Origin: a virus
Length of the DNA: 64,000 bases
Direction: 5' to 3' (one strand)
Virus record (IMG/VR): IMGVR_UViG_3300042691_026427
Span: 85,249-149,248 of that record
Shown: positions 1 through 10,184 of the stretch, piece by piece
Layout of the letters: the number at the start of each line of letters is the position of its first letter
Numbering within the stretch: the first letter of the stretch is position 1
The notes under the pieces: generated by a model
The model's input: the letters and a program-made list of their open reading frames with translations, nothing else
The model's database searches: none
What the model was told of the DNA's origin: nothing
Translations under genes and position numbers: made by a program

Positions 1-2788
1 TATTAAAAGTACCAGTAGTTGAACCAACAATTTGTCCAGTTGAGGTACTGAAAAATAATGTACCCGGTAATGAGCTAGGACTTAAACTAAAACTTAATGT
101 TCCAACACCACCCGAGGCACCGATTGGAGTTAATAGGAAAGGTCCTGCATATGCAGAAAACACAACTGTTGAAGAATTAACAACAATAGTTGGCGGAACA
201 GGAGGTTTAATATATAAAGTAAATGTTCCAGTGTTAATCTGATTCACTGAATCACTAACACTTACACTGAAAGTATTTGTATTATAAGTCGATGTGGTTG
301 ATCCAGATACTCTGCCGGTTGATGTTGTAAAGGTTAATGGTGAAGGTAAAGGTTGATTAATATTATAAACTAACGAGCCTTTGCCTCCGGTACCAGTAAC
401 TGGAAAAAATGAATATGGGCCGCCAAACGAATCTAAAATTAAATTAGGATTATTAACAGTTATCGTAATTGGTGTCGGCGGTGGTTCTGGGGCTACATAT
501 AATGAGAATGTACCTGTATTGTTACCTCCAAGAGAATCCGTAACAGTTACTATATAAGTAGATGTAATTAATGTTGTAGTTGCTGTTCCAAAAATTGTGC
601 CTGTATTAGTAAAAGTAAGACCGTTGGGCGGCGGAATACTAGGACTTACAGAATATGTAAATGGCGCTACTCCACCTGAGCTTGCTGTAATTGGTCGAAT
701 ATAATTTGCAAATGTTATATTTTGAACTAATCTTATAGAAGACGATGTTTGCGTAAGAACTATTGGTGGCAGATTAACTGCAAGTAAAAATGAACTGGCA
801 GTCGTTTGTGCTAGCCAATCAGTTACTGTTACTGTATAAGATGTGCTACTACTCTGCACAGTAGGAACACCACTATAGGTGCCTGTACTTGTGTTAAATG
901 ATAAACTTATAGGTAAAGAAGGACTAATGCTAAAAGTAGAAGTTCCGAATCCTCCTGTAACATTGACAGGTTTAACTGGTGATGTTATAGGTACATTGTA
1001 GGTTAGATTTTGCGGACCTACTACAGAAGTTACAACTAAGGCCGGCGGAGGATTAATAGTTAAATTAAAATTCGACGAAGTTGTAGCACTAATTTCATCA
1101 TAAATGGTAACTGTATATGTAGTTTGAGGTAGTATACTTGTTGCAGTTCCACTAATTGTACCTGTACTAGAAAAAGTTAGACCAGTTTGAGAATTTAGAT
1201 TGGGACTTATAGTATATGTAAGGCTACCAAACCCTCCAGATCCTGTAATTGGTCTAAATGGGACAACAGGAACAGTATTTTTAACAAGAACAACACTACT
1301 ACTTGAAACAACTGCTGTTAACGGTCCCGAAGTTACACTTAATGAAAAAGATTTTGAATCGGTCTGCGAAATACTATCAGTAACACTTACTGTAAATGAT
1401 TGAGATATCTGGGAAGTAGGGGTGCCAGAAATTTGTCCAGTAGATGAGTTAAACGTTAATCCTGTTAAAGTCTGAATATTAGGATTAATTGACCATACAA
1501 CAGTTCCATAGCCCGCAGCAGTGGGGACTAGTGTAGCTGGTGAAAATGCGGTGATTGCGGCATTAACAGAAAATTGATAGCTTGTAACAGTCTGTTGTAA
1601 ATTTAATGACGGTACAGCTAAGACTGAAAGTGTAAAACTTTTTGCACTAGTATTTGCAGTAGGAGTAGTACTGTCTGTAACTGTTACTGTTACCGTTGCT
1701 GTACTAACTTGTGTAGCTACTCCTGAAATAAAACCAGTTGATGGATCAATACTTAATCCGGCAGGTAATCCAGTTTGACTGTAAATATACGGGGTTTTAC
1801 CACCACTAGCAGTCACTGGCTTAAATGCTGTAAATGATTGGCCTACATATAATGTAGGAATAGTTCCTAATGTGCTGCCCAGCGGCGCAGTTACTGTTCC
1901 GGCTGCAATAGCAATAGAATAAGATTGTTGGTTGCTTTTAGGAGGAGCAAAACTATCTGCAACTGCAATTGTAAAATTTGCAGTACCTGCTGGGCCAGTT
2001 GGTGTTCCGCTGATAACACCAGTAGTTGAATTTAACGTAAGTCCGTTTGGTAGACTACCACTTTGTACGGCAAATATAAATGGAGCAGTTCCTGTTCCTG
2101 AATTTACTGAAACAGTAGTAGTATATGCAACACCTACTGTTCCGGCTGGTCGAGCAACAGATGTTAATACTGGTGCAGTAGCAACAACGGTTCCAGATCC
2201 AGTTACAACTTCTAAATTAAAACTTACAGATTTTGTCGAACCGGCTTGGTCAGTAATTGTAATTGTATACGAAGTAGATGGAGATGTAACAGTAGGGGTA
2301 CCTGTTACTGAATAGGATACAGAGTTGTGCAGCCAAGGACCTGTTCCGTCACTTGCATTTGCAGACTTAATGGAACCGGTGCCTATTAATGTTAAACCGG
2401 CAGGAAGAGCAGGAACAATTGCTGATGTGTAAACCGGTGTAGTACCAGGCTTAGTTGCTGACGTTCCGCCAGTTGGGTATATAGATGTTCCGCCATAAAA
2501 TTCAACAACACCTTGATTTGCAAGCGCATTTACACCAAGAGAGAAGGTAGTACCGAGGGCAGTACCAATTAATTCAGGAATAAATGGTGCAATAACAGTG
2601 TTTACGTTGCGAGGATAAGGACCTGCGGCCGGTTTTGCCCATAGGATTTTACCTGCGTTGATACCCGTACCAACGCTGGCTTTAGATTGGCTACCGGCGT
2701 TGGTAACATACCAATCGCCGGCTCCGTAATTATAATTGGAGGCTACCGGAGTGGCTGCGGGGTAAGTGGAATAAAAAATTGCTGGCAC
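1..2788 (-). CDS. Large Ser/Thr-rich protein with tandem putative Ig (He_PIG-like) domains; 3' end runs off the window
   Basis: Absent from the ORF track because it is partial. GTG at 2788 follows TAAATA. The frame reads repeated 'LTFNSSTGQISGTPT...FTVSVTDS...SFSLSV' units and is in frame with the window edge. Confidence 0.8.
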   Translation of the reverse strand, partial: MPAIFYSTYPAATPVASNYNYGAGDWYVTNAGSQSKASVGTGINAGKILWAKPAAGPYPRNVNTVIAPFIPELIGTALGTTFSLGVNALANQGVVEFYGGTSIYPTGGTSATKPGTTPVYTSAIVPALPAGLTLIGTGSIKSANASDGTGPWLHNSVSYSVTGTPTVTSPSTSYTITITDQAGSTKSVSFNLEVVTGSGTVVATAPVLTSVARPAGTVGVAYTTTVSVNSGTGTAPFIFAVQSGSLPNGLTLNSTTGVISGTPTGPAGTANFTIAVADSFAPPKSNQQSYSIAIAAGTVTAPLGSTLGTIPTLYVGQSFTAFKPVTASGGKTPYIYSQTGLPAGLSIDPSTGFISGVATQVSTATVTVTVTDSTTPTANTSAKSFTLSVLAVPSLNLQQTVTSYQFSVNAAITAFSPATLVPTAAGYGTVVWSINPNIQTLTGLTFNSSTGQISGTPTSQISQSFTVSVTDSISQTDSKSFSLSVTSGPLTAVVSSSSVVLVKNTVPVVPFRPITGSGGFGSLTYTISPNLNSQTGLTFSSTGTISGTATSILPQTTYTVTIYDEISATTSSNFNLTINPPPALVVTSVVGPQNLTYNVPITSPVKPVNVTGGFGTSTFSISPSLPISLSFNTSTGTYSGVPTVQSSSTSYTVTVTDWLAQTTASSFLLAVNLPPIVLTQTSSSIRLVQNITFANYIRPITASSGGVAPFTYSVSPSIPPPNGLTFTNTGTIFGTATTTLITSTYIVTVTDSLGGNNTGTFSLYVAPEPPPTPITITVNNPNLILDSFGGPYSFFPVTGTGGKGSLVYNINQPLPSPLTFTTSTGRVSGSTTSTYNTNTFSVSVSDSVNQINTGTFTLYIKPPVPPTIVVNSSTVVFSAYAGPFLLTPIGASGGVGTLSFSLSPSSLPGTLFFSTSTGQIVGSTTGTFN

Positions 2789-2820
2789 GGTATATTTATT
2801 GCTTGTTAAAGTTCAATTTG

Positions 2821-5814
2821 TTATCGAGGTGTAATATCTTTTAATTGATAAGCGGTAAAGGATGCAGTTGTTACGGATCCAATTAACGGCTGTGTCAAAT
2901 AAATTGTATAGTTTCCCGATGCATCGGGACCTGAATATGCAGCAGAAAGAGGATCGGCTGGATCATAATTAGCAGTGATAGTATTAACATCAACTCCGTC
3001 ACCTCTTACATCCATACCAGGCATAATTCCAATAGGATTAGCAGGAGTTGTAACTGTAGTGGCTAATAAGTAAGAGTCGCCAGCAGTTCCAATTACAGGA
3101 AGATCAAATACAGGAGGAGTTATTTCTGCCATAACAAATACTGCTTGATTAACATCATCAAAATATGTGTCGCCGGGGCGCAGTGAAGAATACGGATTAG
3201 CTACAAAGTCTGTATAGTTTGTAAAATGTTTTGGTGCTCGTCTGTCTTGGTGTATGCCTTCGTCACCTAGGTCAATTCCTATATTTTTAACCCATTCAAC
3301 ATAGCCACCTGGGTTTATTGTTATATTTGTAAATGTTACAGATGCTGTTACAGCAACATCTTGCCCAATAGAAATAGTAGAAGTAGTGCCGGAACCTGTA
3401 TTAACAGAAACGCCAATCCCTCCTTCTATATTAGCCAACGAACTGCCGCCTGTACCCGGACTTCCTACATAACCAATTACGCCGGAACTACCGACAAAGC
3501 CGATACCTTCACTGCCAGTATAACCAAATGAACCTACAAATCCTTGACTACCATTATAACCGAAACTACCAGTAAAACCCACGGGTCCTTCACTGCCAGT
3601 ATATCCAATTGAACCTACAAATCCTATTGAACCTGTGTAGCCTTCACTACCAGTATATCCAATTGAACCTACAAATCCTATTGAACCTGTGTAGCCTTCA
3701 CTACCAGTGTAACCAAATGAACCTACAAAACCTTCACTTCCAGTATATCCAATCGAACCTACAAATCCTATTGATCCAGTATATCCAATCGAACCTGTCG
3801 ACCCTACAAAACCTTCACTACCGGTATAGCCAAATGATCCAAAGTAGCCTATTGATCCAGTATATCCAATTGAACCTGTTGAACCTACAAATCCTTCACT
3901 ACCAGTGTAACCAAATGATCCAAAGTAGCCTATTGATCCAGTATCGCCTTTGTCGCCCTTCGGTCCTTTGATTTCTCCTACGTCTGACCAAGATGATCCT
4001 GTCCATACGTTTAGGTGCCCGTCGTCATTAGTAATATATCCATCGCCGATATCTCCTGTATAGGGCAAAGGTAATAATGTGTAAGTTGATGTATTTCCAA
4101 CGATAGTTACCGATGTGCCATCATTTCCTTTGCTACCAGTATAACCAAATGATCCGGTATAGCCAAATGATCCTACAAAACCTTCACTACCAGTATAACC
4201 AAAACTACCAGTGTAACCAAATGATCCGGTATAGCCAAATGATCCTACAAAACCTTCACTACCAGTATATCCAAAACTACCAGTATAGCCTATCGATCCA
4301 GTATAACCAAATGATCCGGTATAGCCAAATGATCCTACAAAACCTTCACTACCAGTATAACCAAATGACCCAGTATAACCAAATGAACCAGTATAACCAA
4401 AGCTACCAGTGTAACCAAATGAACCTACATAACCTTCACTACCAGTAAAAGCTCGACTTCCAGTATAGCCAAATGATCCAGTATATCCAAATGATCCTGC
4501 ATAGCCTTCACTTCCTGTGTAACCAAATGACCCAGTGTAACCAAATGATCCGGTATAGCCAAATGATCCTACAAAACCTTCACTACCTGTATAACTTTGA
4601 CTACCAGTAAATCCAATGCTACCAGTAAATCCAATGCTACCAGTGTAACCAAATGAACCTACATAACCTTCACTACCTATAAATCCTCGTGAACCAGTAA
4701 AACCCTGACTACCTGTAAATGCTCTACTACCGGTATAACCAATGCTACCAGTGTATCCAAATGAACCTACATAACCTTCACTACCTGTATAACTTTGACT
4801 ACCAGTGTATCCAAATGAACCTGCATAGCCTTCACTACCAGTATAACCAAATGAACCTACAAAACCGTCGCTACCAGTATAACCAAATGAACCTACAAAA
4901 CCGTCGCTACCCTGAAAACCCTGACTTCCTACAAATCCCCTACTGCCAGCGAATCCTCGACTGCCAGTGTATCCAAATGAACCTACATAACCTTCACTAC
5001 CGGTGTAACTCTGGCTACCTGTAAAACCAATACTACCAGTATAACCTTCACTACCAGTAAATCCGAAACTACCGGTATACCCAAATGAACCTACAAAACC
5101 TTCACTACCAGTGTAGCCTATACTACCAGTGAAACCTTCACTACCGGCGTAGCCTATACTGCCGGGGGCGCCTTCACTACCGGTATAACCAAATGAACCT
5201 ACAAAACCTTCACTACCAGTGTAGCCTATACTACCAGTAAATCCAGTTTGTCCCACACTGCCCACATAGCCAATAATCTGACCTACGTTGACCCACTGCG
5301 AGCCATCCCATACATATAGATCTCCAGTGCTTTCTGCAATAAAACCATCAGATTGAGAAGCGCCAGTTGGCAATCCACTAGGATTAGTAACTGTTCCTTG
5401 AATTGTAACCGATGCACCTGGGGCACCTGGTTCTCCTTTTAGACCTTGACTACCAGTAAATCCAAAACTACCAGTATAACCTAAACCACCTAATTCTATT
5501 TGTTCCCAATTGGCATTAGCATTGGGCAAGTTACCGGTTGCTGTATTTCTATATTCACCTGGCAAAGAAACGTATTTGTAGTATTTTCCGCCTAAGAATG
5601 TTCTTCCGCTATTTGTATAACCAGTGACAACATAGACCAACATACCATCTTGCAGACGTTGTCCGGTTATGTTATGTAGTTGATCCCCAGAATTACCAGT
5701 TATAGAACGAAGAGAACCCCGTATTTCTGCATCTAATACGATGGGATGATTACTAGTCGGGCTCCATGTGCCCGGCCAAGTATTTCTTGTTAAGCCGTCA
5801 TAATTAGAAGTCAT
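2821..5814 (-). CDS. Collagen-like (Gly-X-Y)n tail fibre/whisker protein
   Basis: Long runs of G-X-Y triplets (GYT-GSF/GSE-GFV) interrupted by 'GDxYI...LxVWxGSxWxxVGxIxG' knob motifs. Confidence 0.85.
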   Translation of the reverse strand: MTSNYDGLTRNTWPGTWSPTSNHPIVLDAEIRGSLRSITGNSGDQLHNITGQRLQDGMLVYVVTGYTNSGRTFLGGKYYKYVSLPGEYRNTATGNLPNANANWEQIELGGLGYTGSFGFTGSQGLKGEPGAPGASVTIQGTVTNPSGLPTGASQSDGFIAESTGDLYVWDGSQWVNVGQIIGYVGSVGQTGFTGSIGYTGSEGFVGSFGYTGSEGAPGSIGYAGSEGFTGSIGYTGSEGFVGSFGYTGSFGFTGSEGYTGSIGFTGSQSYTGSEGYVGSFGYTGSRGFAGSRGFVGSQGFQGSDGFVGSFGYTGSDGFVGSFGYTGSEGYAGSFGYTGSQSYTGSEGYVGSFGYTGSIGYTGSRAFTGSQGFTGSRGFIGSEGYVGSFGYTGSIGFTGSIGFTGSQSYTGSEGFVGSFGYTGSFGYTGSFGYTGSEGYAGSFGYTGSFGYTGSRAFTGSEGYVGSFGYTGSFGYTGSFGYTGSFGYTGSEGFVGSFGYTGSFGYTGSIGYTGSFGYTGSEGFVGSFGYTGSFGYTGSFGYTGSEGFVGSFGYTGSFGYTGSKGNDGTSVTIVGNTSTYTLLPLPYTGDIGDGYITNDDGHLNVWTGSSWSDVGEIKGPKGDKGDTGSIGYFGSFGYTGSEGFVGSTGSIGYTGSIGYFGSFGYTGSEGFVGSTGSIGYTGSIGFVGSIGYTGSEGFVGSFGYTGSEGYTGSIGFVGSIGYTGSEGYTGSIGFVGSIGYTGSEGPVGFTGSFGYNGSQGFVGSFGYTGSEGIGFVGSSGVIGYVGSPGTGGSSLANIEGGIGVSVNTGSGTTSTISIGQDVAVTASVTFTNITINPGGYVEWVKNIGIDLGDEGIHQDRRAPKHFTNYTDFVANPYSSLRPGDTYFDDVNQAVFVMAEITPPVFDLPVIGTAGDSYLLATTVTTPANPIGIMPGMDVRGDGVDVNTITANYDPADPLSAAYSGPDASGNYTIYLTQPLIGSVTTASFTAYQLKDITPR

Positions 5815-5815
5815 G

Positions 5816-7465
5816 TTATATTATACTAACGTATGTATTCCCTGGTTGTAAAATAATACCATATAAATTATAAGTTTCCGAGACATAACCTACTGGTACA
5901 GAATCTGGTGTTAAAGACACTGTGCTGGTTGTTCTAGTCACGTCACTTAGTAATGTAGAGCTTGCTCCTGTTTGAAACGATGTAGGCTGCGCAACTGAAC
6001 TTCTAACACCCAACCAAAATACTCTAGGAACTAATGCAGTGTTATTAACAAAACTGGCAAAGTTTTTTACTTGATTTCCTAATATTGTTACTCCTGCTGC
6101 AAATGTTGATCCTGTTACTATATTTGTTCTCAACGGCGGCTGTGCAGATGAATCAGTCCATACCCAAAAACTAGGATAGGTAAATGCCATTGTCAGTGCT
6201 AGATCATTAGCCGATGCCTGTGCATTATATGCAATTCCAGTAACGGCTGCTGGTCTAGTAAATGTTGCAACAACAGCTACTGATACACTGTTGCCTGCAC
6301 TGTTTTTATGTAGGGGCGCAGAAAATAGTAAACTTCCATTACCAATTAGATTACTAGGAGTTCCGCCAACGCTGGTAACAGCTAACGTATAATTTGACGA
6401 TGAAGATATTCCTGTTACGGATATTGCATAATTTGTTTGAGTATAATTCTGTAGGAAATTATTTCCAGTAAGATCAGACATACTAATTGATATCGAAGGA
6501 GTAGCCCATGCAACTGTTGCAGTTACTATGCTATCGATGTATTCTGTTTCTGTTGGAGAATTACTTGATCTAAAGTTAAAATGTATATTTGCAGAAGCAG
6601 TGCCGCCGCTTAATGAAGAACTTGTTGATCTAATTACTGCGGTGCCGTTTGTATTAAAAATTTGAGACCACGAAATTCCAGCAGCTGGAGAAACACTAGG
6701 TCCTGTAGTGGTATAACTGGCAGCGGTAACTGTTACAGTTCCTGACAATTGTGTTAAACGTCTTACTGAAGAAATCCATTGATCCAAAAAGTCTGTTGGA
6801 TTAGTTACATTTACGGTAAATCCAGTGCAGGGCACATCCCAATTCAATGCATTGGATGGTAGTATACTGCCCGTTAACGTAGGAGTAAATCCTGCTAGAT
6901 TCAATATAAACGAACCGTTGATTAATTGTGTTTCACGGACGGTATAAGAAATTCCACCAGGGTCTACATAGCCAGTTAGTAGTCGTCTTGTACCTGTAGA
7001 AGTCCATACTAAATTGTTAGTACTAGTGCTAATTCCAGCAGAACCAGTATAACCTATCGATCCTTGACTGCCTGTAAACCCGACAATAACTGTAGAAGTC
7101 CCGGTGGTAATAACAGTGGTGCCGCCGCCAACAGGATTTCCATTGATAAACAGTGTACCTGTATTAGAAATGGTAACAGTATTTCCACCAACAAAAAAAG
7201 TACTAGAACTTAAATGTAGAGTTCTCCATCTATTAGTAGGACTGCCTAAATTATAGGTGTTGTCAATTCCCGGGAGAAAATTGTTGAATACTGTAGAAGA
7301 AGTAGCTGCGCCCGAAAAATTCAGCGGAATTCCGCCGGGAGTAATGCCATCTCCGATGCGTAATACACCTGTTTCGTCGTAAAAAAGCAGGTCTTTGTCG
7401 CCTACATACGCAGATGCAGCAACATTTGATACCCTACCAGCTTGTATTTTTAAGAGAGACGACAC
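5816..7465 (-). CDS. Virion structural/tail-associated protein
   Basis: N-terminal 'YVG...LFYD...LRIGDGITPGG' motif, 'YNLGSPTNRWRTLHL' fibre motif, short GFTGSQG repeat. Confidence 0.7.
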   Translation of the reverse strand: MSSLLKIQAGRVSNVAASAYVGDKDLLFYDETGVLRIGDGITPGGIPLNFSGAATSSTVFNNFLPGIDNTYNLGSPTNRWRTLHLSSSTFFVGGNTVTISNTGTLFINGNPVGGGTTVITTGTSTVIVGFTGSQGSIGYTGSAGISTSTNNLVWTSTGTRRLLTGYVDPGGISYTVRETQLINGSFILNLAGFTPTLTGSILPSNALNWDVPCTGFTVNVTNPTDFLDQWISSVRRLTQLSGTVTVTAASYTTTGPSVSPAAGISWSQIFNTNGTAVIRSTSSSLSGGTASANIHFNFRSSNSPTETEYIDSIVTATVAWATPSISISMSDLTGNNFLQNYTQTNYAISVTGISSSSNYTLAVTSVGGTPSNLIGNGSLLFSAPLHKNSAGNSVSVAVVATFTRPAAVTGIAYNAQASANDLALTMAFTYPSFWVWTDSSAQPPLRTNIVTGSTFAAGVTILGNQVKNFASFVNNTALVPRVFWLGVRSSVAQPTSFQTGASSTLLSDVTRTTSTVSLTPDSVPVGYVSETYNLYGIILQPGNTYVSII

Positions 7466-7506
7466 GTTAAAGACCTTACTTTAACATATTTACCGAGAAA
7501 CGGTTT

Positions 7507-7854
7507 TTAAGATTTTCGAGCTTCAACCAAACGATTATATTCTGCAGAAAGTTCTTCAAAATCTTCCGAAATGTCAAATTCTGTTCTTTCATTAGTATTT
7601 TCGTTTGATGCTGCGCCATTGTCGTCTAAAATCTGGTTGATTACGGCACTACGTTTGCCGGATTTATGTTTTTCTAATTCTAAAGATTGCTGTAACGGAG
7701 AAACAAACACTGGTTGATCTGGTAGATCCTCCGGGTTGATAGGATCAGTAGACACAACCGGATCACCACTACCGTTAGGAATTGTAATGTTTATAGGTAT
7801 ATTGATAGTGACGGTTCTACTGTCAGCTTCGGATAGAAATTCTTTTGCTCTCAT
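7507..7854 (-). CDS. Hypothetical protein, possible internal head protein; paralog of 56003..56389
   Basis: MRAKEFLSE N-terminus and SPLQQ motif shared with 56003..56389; TAAATA 5 nt upstream. Confidence 0.6.
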   Translation of the reverse strand: MRAKEFLSEADSRTVTINIPINITIPNGSGDPVVSTDPINPEDLPDQPVFVSPLQQSLELEKHKSGKRSAVINQILDDNGAASNENTNERTEFDISEDFEELSAEYNRLVEARKS

Positions 7855-7967
7855 AATAATATTTATCGTTGTGCGTTAGCTGTTTATAATTAAGATATGT
7901 TAGTAAAACTCATTCTACGGTCACTCTCTTTTAACTATTTAGCTAGTTTTCTGTTAATAAATATCCC

Positions 7968-8426
7968 ATGGACAATATACACAAAGATCAAGAGTATTGG
8001 TCCAATTTAACTTGGCCGGCGGCTCCTAATAATAGTGACTATGCGGTATTTGAGCACTATTGCAAAGGTAGTGTACTACTTTTAGGCAGTACACAACTGC
8101 TATTAACGTTAGCAGATGAAGCATGGGATTTAGAGCCCAAGTACTCTAACCCTAAGATTAAGAATCGTGATTGGTTTACGCTAGACGAACACTGGGATAC
8201 TGTTATTATTGATGGCGGATTAGCATTGGGCAAAGAGTTTACAGAACGTGTGCTCTCCGCAATATTACCAAACTGCGATAGATTTGTTGCCCGTGCTTTC
8301 TTAAATCCTAACTGGCCCACAAAGTACGCCTGCTATTTCCCCCGTGCTGAAGAACTAACACCACAACCTACGGAACACCCTATTAACGAGGTATATACAT
8401 TTTACATATGGAATCAAAACCAATAA
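7968..8426 (+). CDS. Hypothetical protein with degenerate class I methyltransferase-like motifs
   Basis: 'VLLLGST' motif I-like, 'RDWF', 'WDTVIIDGGL'; TAAATA 4 nt upstream. Confidence 0.5.
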   Translation: MDNIHKDQEYWSNLTWPAAPNNSDYAVFEHYCKGSVLLLGSTQLLLTLADEAWDLEPKYSNPKIKNRDWFTLDEHWDTVIIDGGLALGKEFTERVLSAILPNCDRFVARAFLNPNWPTKYACYFPRAEELTPQPTEHPINEVYTFYIWNQNQ

Positions 8427-9004
8427 TATTAGCCATGTACTCAGGTGGGTTAGACAGTTTAGGCATGGTCTACAAGCTACTAGCTGATCCTGCGTATAAG
8501 GACTACAGTATCCATATCCATCATATACACAATCGTAATATAGAAAATAGGGATCGTGCTGAAGCCGTAGTAGTAGAATTAGTATTAAAAGAACTCAGAC
8601 GATTAAGTTTTAATTTTGTTTATAGTGAAAGCCAAATAGCATCACAACCCTACAATGGCAAGTTTCTGTTTGACTCAGATACAATCAACTTCTTTGCTGG
8701 ATATATTTGCAGTGTCAATCCCAGTATAGTAAATGTTGCTATGGGTATGCAGGCCAATGATGCTAATCAATCACTGGAACTACGGCGAAAACGTGCTGAT
8801 GCTATACTTGCAGCATTTACAACAGTTAAAAAGATTTTCCCTGTGTTAGAAATGACAAAGCGTGAAATACAGGACAGTTTACCAGACTCACTTAAAAAAA
8901 TGTTCTGGAGTTGTCGCCGTCCCGTGTACACAGAAAAAAATATCGCACCTTGTGGACAGTGCGATACTTGTGTTAAATTACGAGACCAGGGTATAATTAC
9001 TTGA
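8408..9004 (+). CDS. queC: QueC-like PP-loop ATPase (7-cyano-7-deazaguanine synthase family)
   Basis: SGGLDS PP-loop; C-terminal 'WSC...PCGQCDTC' Zn site. Confidence 0.7.
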   Translation: MESKPIILAMYSGGLDSLGMVYKLLADPAYKDYSIHIHHIHNRNIENRDRAEAVVVELVLKELRRLSFNFVYSESQIASQPYNGKFLFDSDTINFFAGYICSVNPSIVNVAMGMQANDANQSLELRRKRADAILAAFTTVKKIFPVLEMTKREIQDSLPDSLKKMFWSCRRPVYTEKNIAPCGQCDTCVKLRDQGIIT

Positions 9005-9446
9005 AATTAAATGCTACAGTAATTCTGTAGTCGTTACTTCTATTCTGCTGTACTCTGTGTGCTAGGTTACCAGGAAATTGAATTAAATCTCCCACAGTGG
9101 GCATGAATATTTGATATTCTTCATACTTGCGAAACTCTATGCCACCTGAGTTCTCAGGAACCTGTACATACAGCACACCAGAATGTTGATACGGACCATG
9201 ATCGTGCCAACGATATTCGTCGCCTTGTTGACCGCAATTAAACCACCATTGATCTATTCTTAATGGTGCCACTGCTGCTACCACACGATCAAATGTCTGT
9301 TGAAACCACGGATAAGGATTATTTCGCATACGCTGGCCGTGCCAGGTACCAAACTTTCCTCCACGACCGCGATCTAGTTCTTTAAACAACTTAATCACCT
9401 CTGAGGCTACATTAGGGTCTACATCAATACAACTCTCACTGTACAT
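8997..9446 (-). CDS. 2OG-Fe(II) oxygenase superfamily protein
   Basis: 'WHDH...SGVLYVQVPENSGGIEF...GDLIQFPGNLAHRV...RITVAFN'. Confidence 0.85.
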   Translation of the reverse strand: MYSESCIDVDPNVASEVIKLFKELDRGRGGKFGTWHGQRMRNNPYPWFQQTFDRVVAAVAPLRIDQWWFNCGQQGDEYRWHDHGPYQHSGVLYVQVPENSGGIEFRKYEEYQIFMPTVGDLIQFPGNLAHRVQQNRSNDYRITVAFNFK

Positions 9447-9449
9447 TGA

Positions 9450-10175
9450 TTAAACACCGTAGGCAGTTTGTAGTGTTGCGTAAGCAGCAAGCACGCCAAA
9501 TTCATCTAACCCGTAATCATGGACTCTAACATAATAATAAGTGCCATTGCAAGGATCGGTGGCACCTACGCCATTGTTGCCGTGTCTGGAACCAATAAAC
9601 AGGTTGCTAGTAGCAGTGTCGATCGGTGCTACATACCCCGAACTAACTGTAAGTTGAACACCGTTTCTATAGACGGCCATAACTCCGCCTATGTTGGTAA
9701 ATGCCCAGTGTGCCCTAGTTGATAAAGTAATGTTTGGAGTGGTTAGATCAACGCCCGCTGTACCCGAAGGTGATCCAACTTGTAGATCCATAGAACCACT
9801 AAGATAAGCCAAATAGCCCAAACTGCCATCGTAAACCTCATTGCCCCACAATGCTGCCCAGTAACTGGTAGGAACTAAACTACAGACCATGTCAACAGTC
9901 CAATTGCCTCGGTTTAGATTAACAGGAATATCAATATATCCCGAGTTTGTTAATATACCGTTGACTCCGCCCGAGGCGTTAACGCTCCAGCCAGATGATA
10001 TAGTTGCGTCACTACCAATACCGGCAAGCCAAGTACTGCCACTTGTTGGAACAGTACTTGATTCCCAAACAACACTAGAACCCGGTGTTCCTGATTCAGA
10101 ACCACCGCCGCCACCGCCGCCACCGCCTCCACCGCCAGTGGTATTGCTGGTTAATAATATCTGTGTAATAGGCAT
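9450..10175 (-). CDS. Concanavalin A/LamG-like lectin domain virion protein
   Basis: Poly-Gly linker; 'HWAFT...VYRNGV...LFIGSR...GTYYYVRVHDYGL' LamG pattern. Confidence 0.7.
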   Translation of the reverse strand: MPITQILLTSNTTGGGGGGGGGGGGSESGTPGSSVVWESSTVPTSGSTWLAGIGSDATISSGWSVNASGGVNGILTNSGYIDIPVNLNRGNWTVDMVCSLVPTSYWAALWGNEVYDGSLGYLAYLSGSMDLQVGSPSGTAGVDLTTPNITLSTRAHWAFTNIGGVMAVYRNGVQLTVSSGYVAPIDTATSNLFIGSRHGNNGVGATDPCNGTYYYVRVHDYGLDEFGVLAAYATLQTAYGV

Positions 10176-10184
10176 TGTGTTTCC

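Noticed and set aside
3609-5024. Plus-strand ORFs with repetitive Q/Y/N/L sequence
   Set aside because: Antisense shadows of the collagen-like repeat; no SD or promoter
8408-9004. Complete 7-deazaguanine DNA modification system
   Set aside because: Only a QueC-like gene; no folE, queD or dpdA here, and none of the rSAMs shows the QueE pattern
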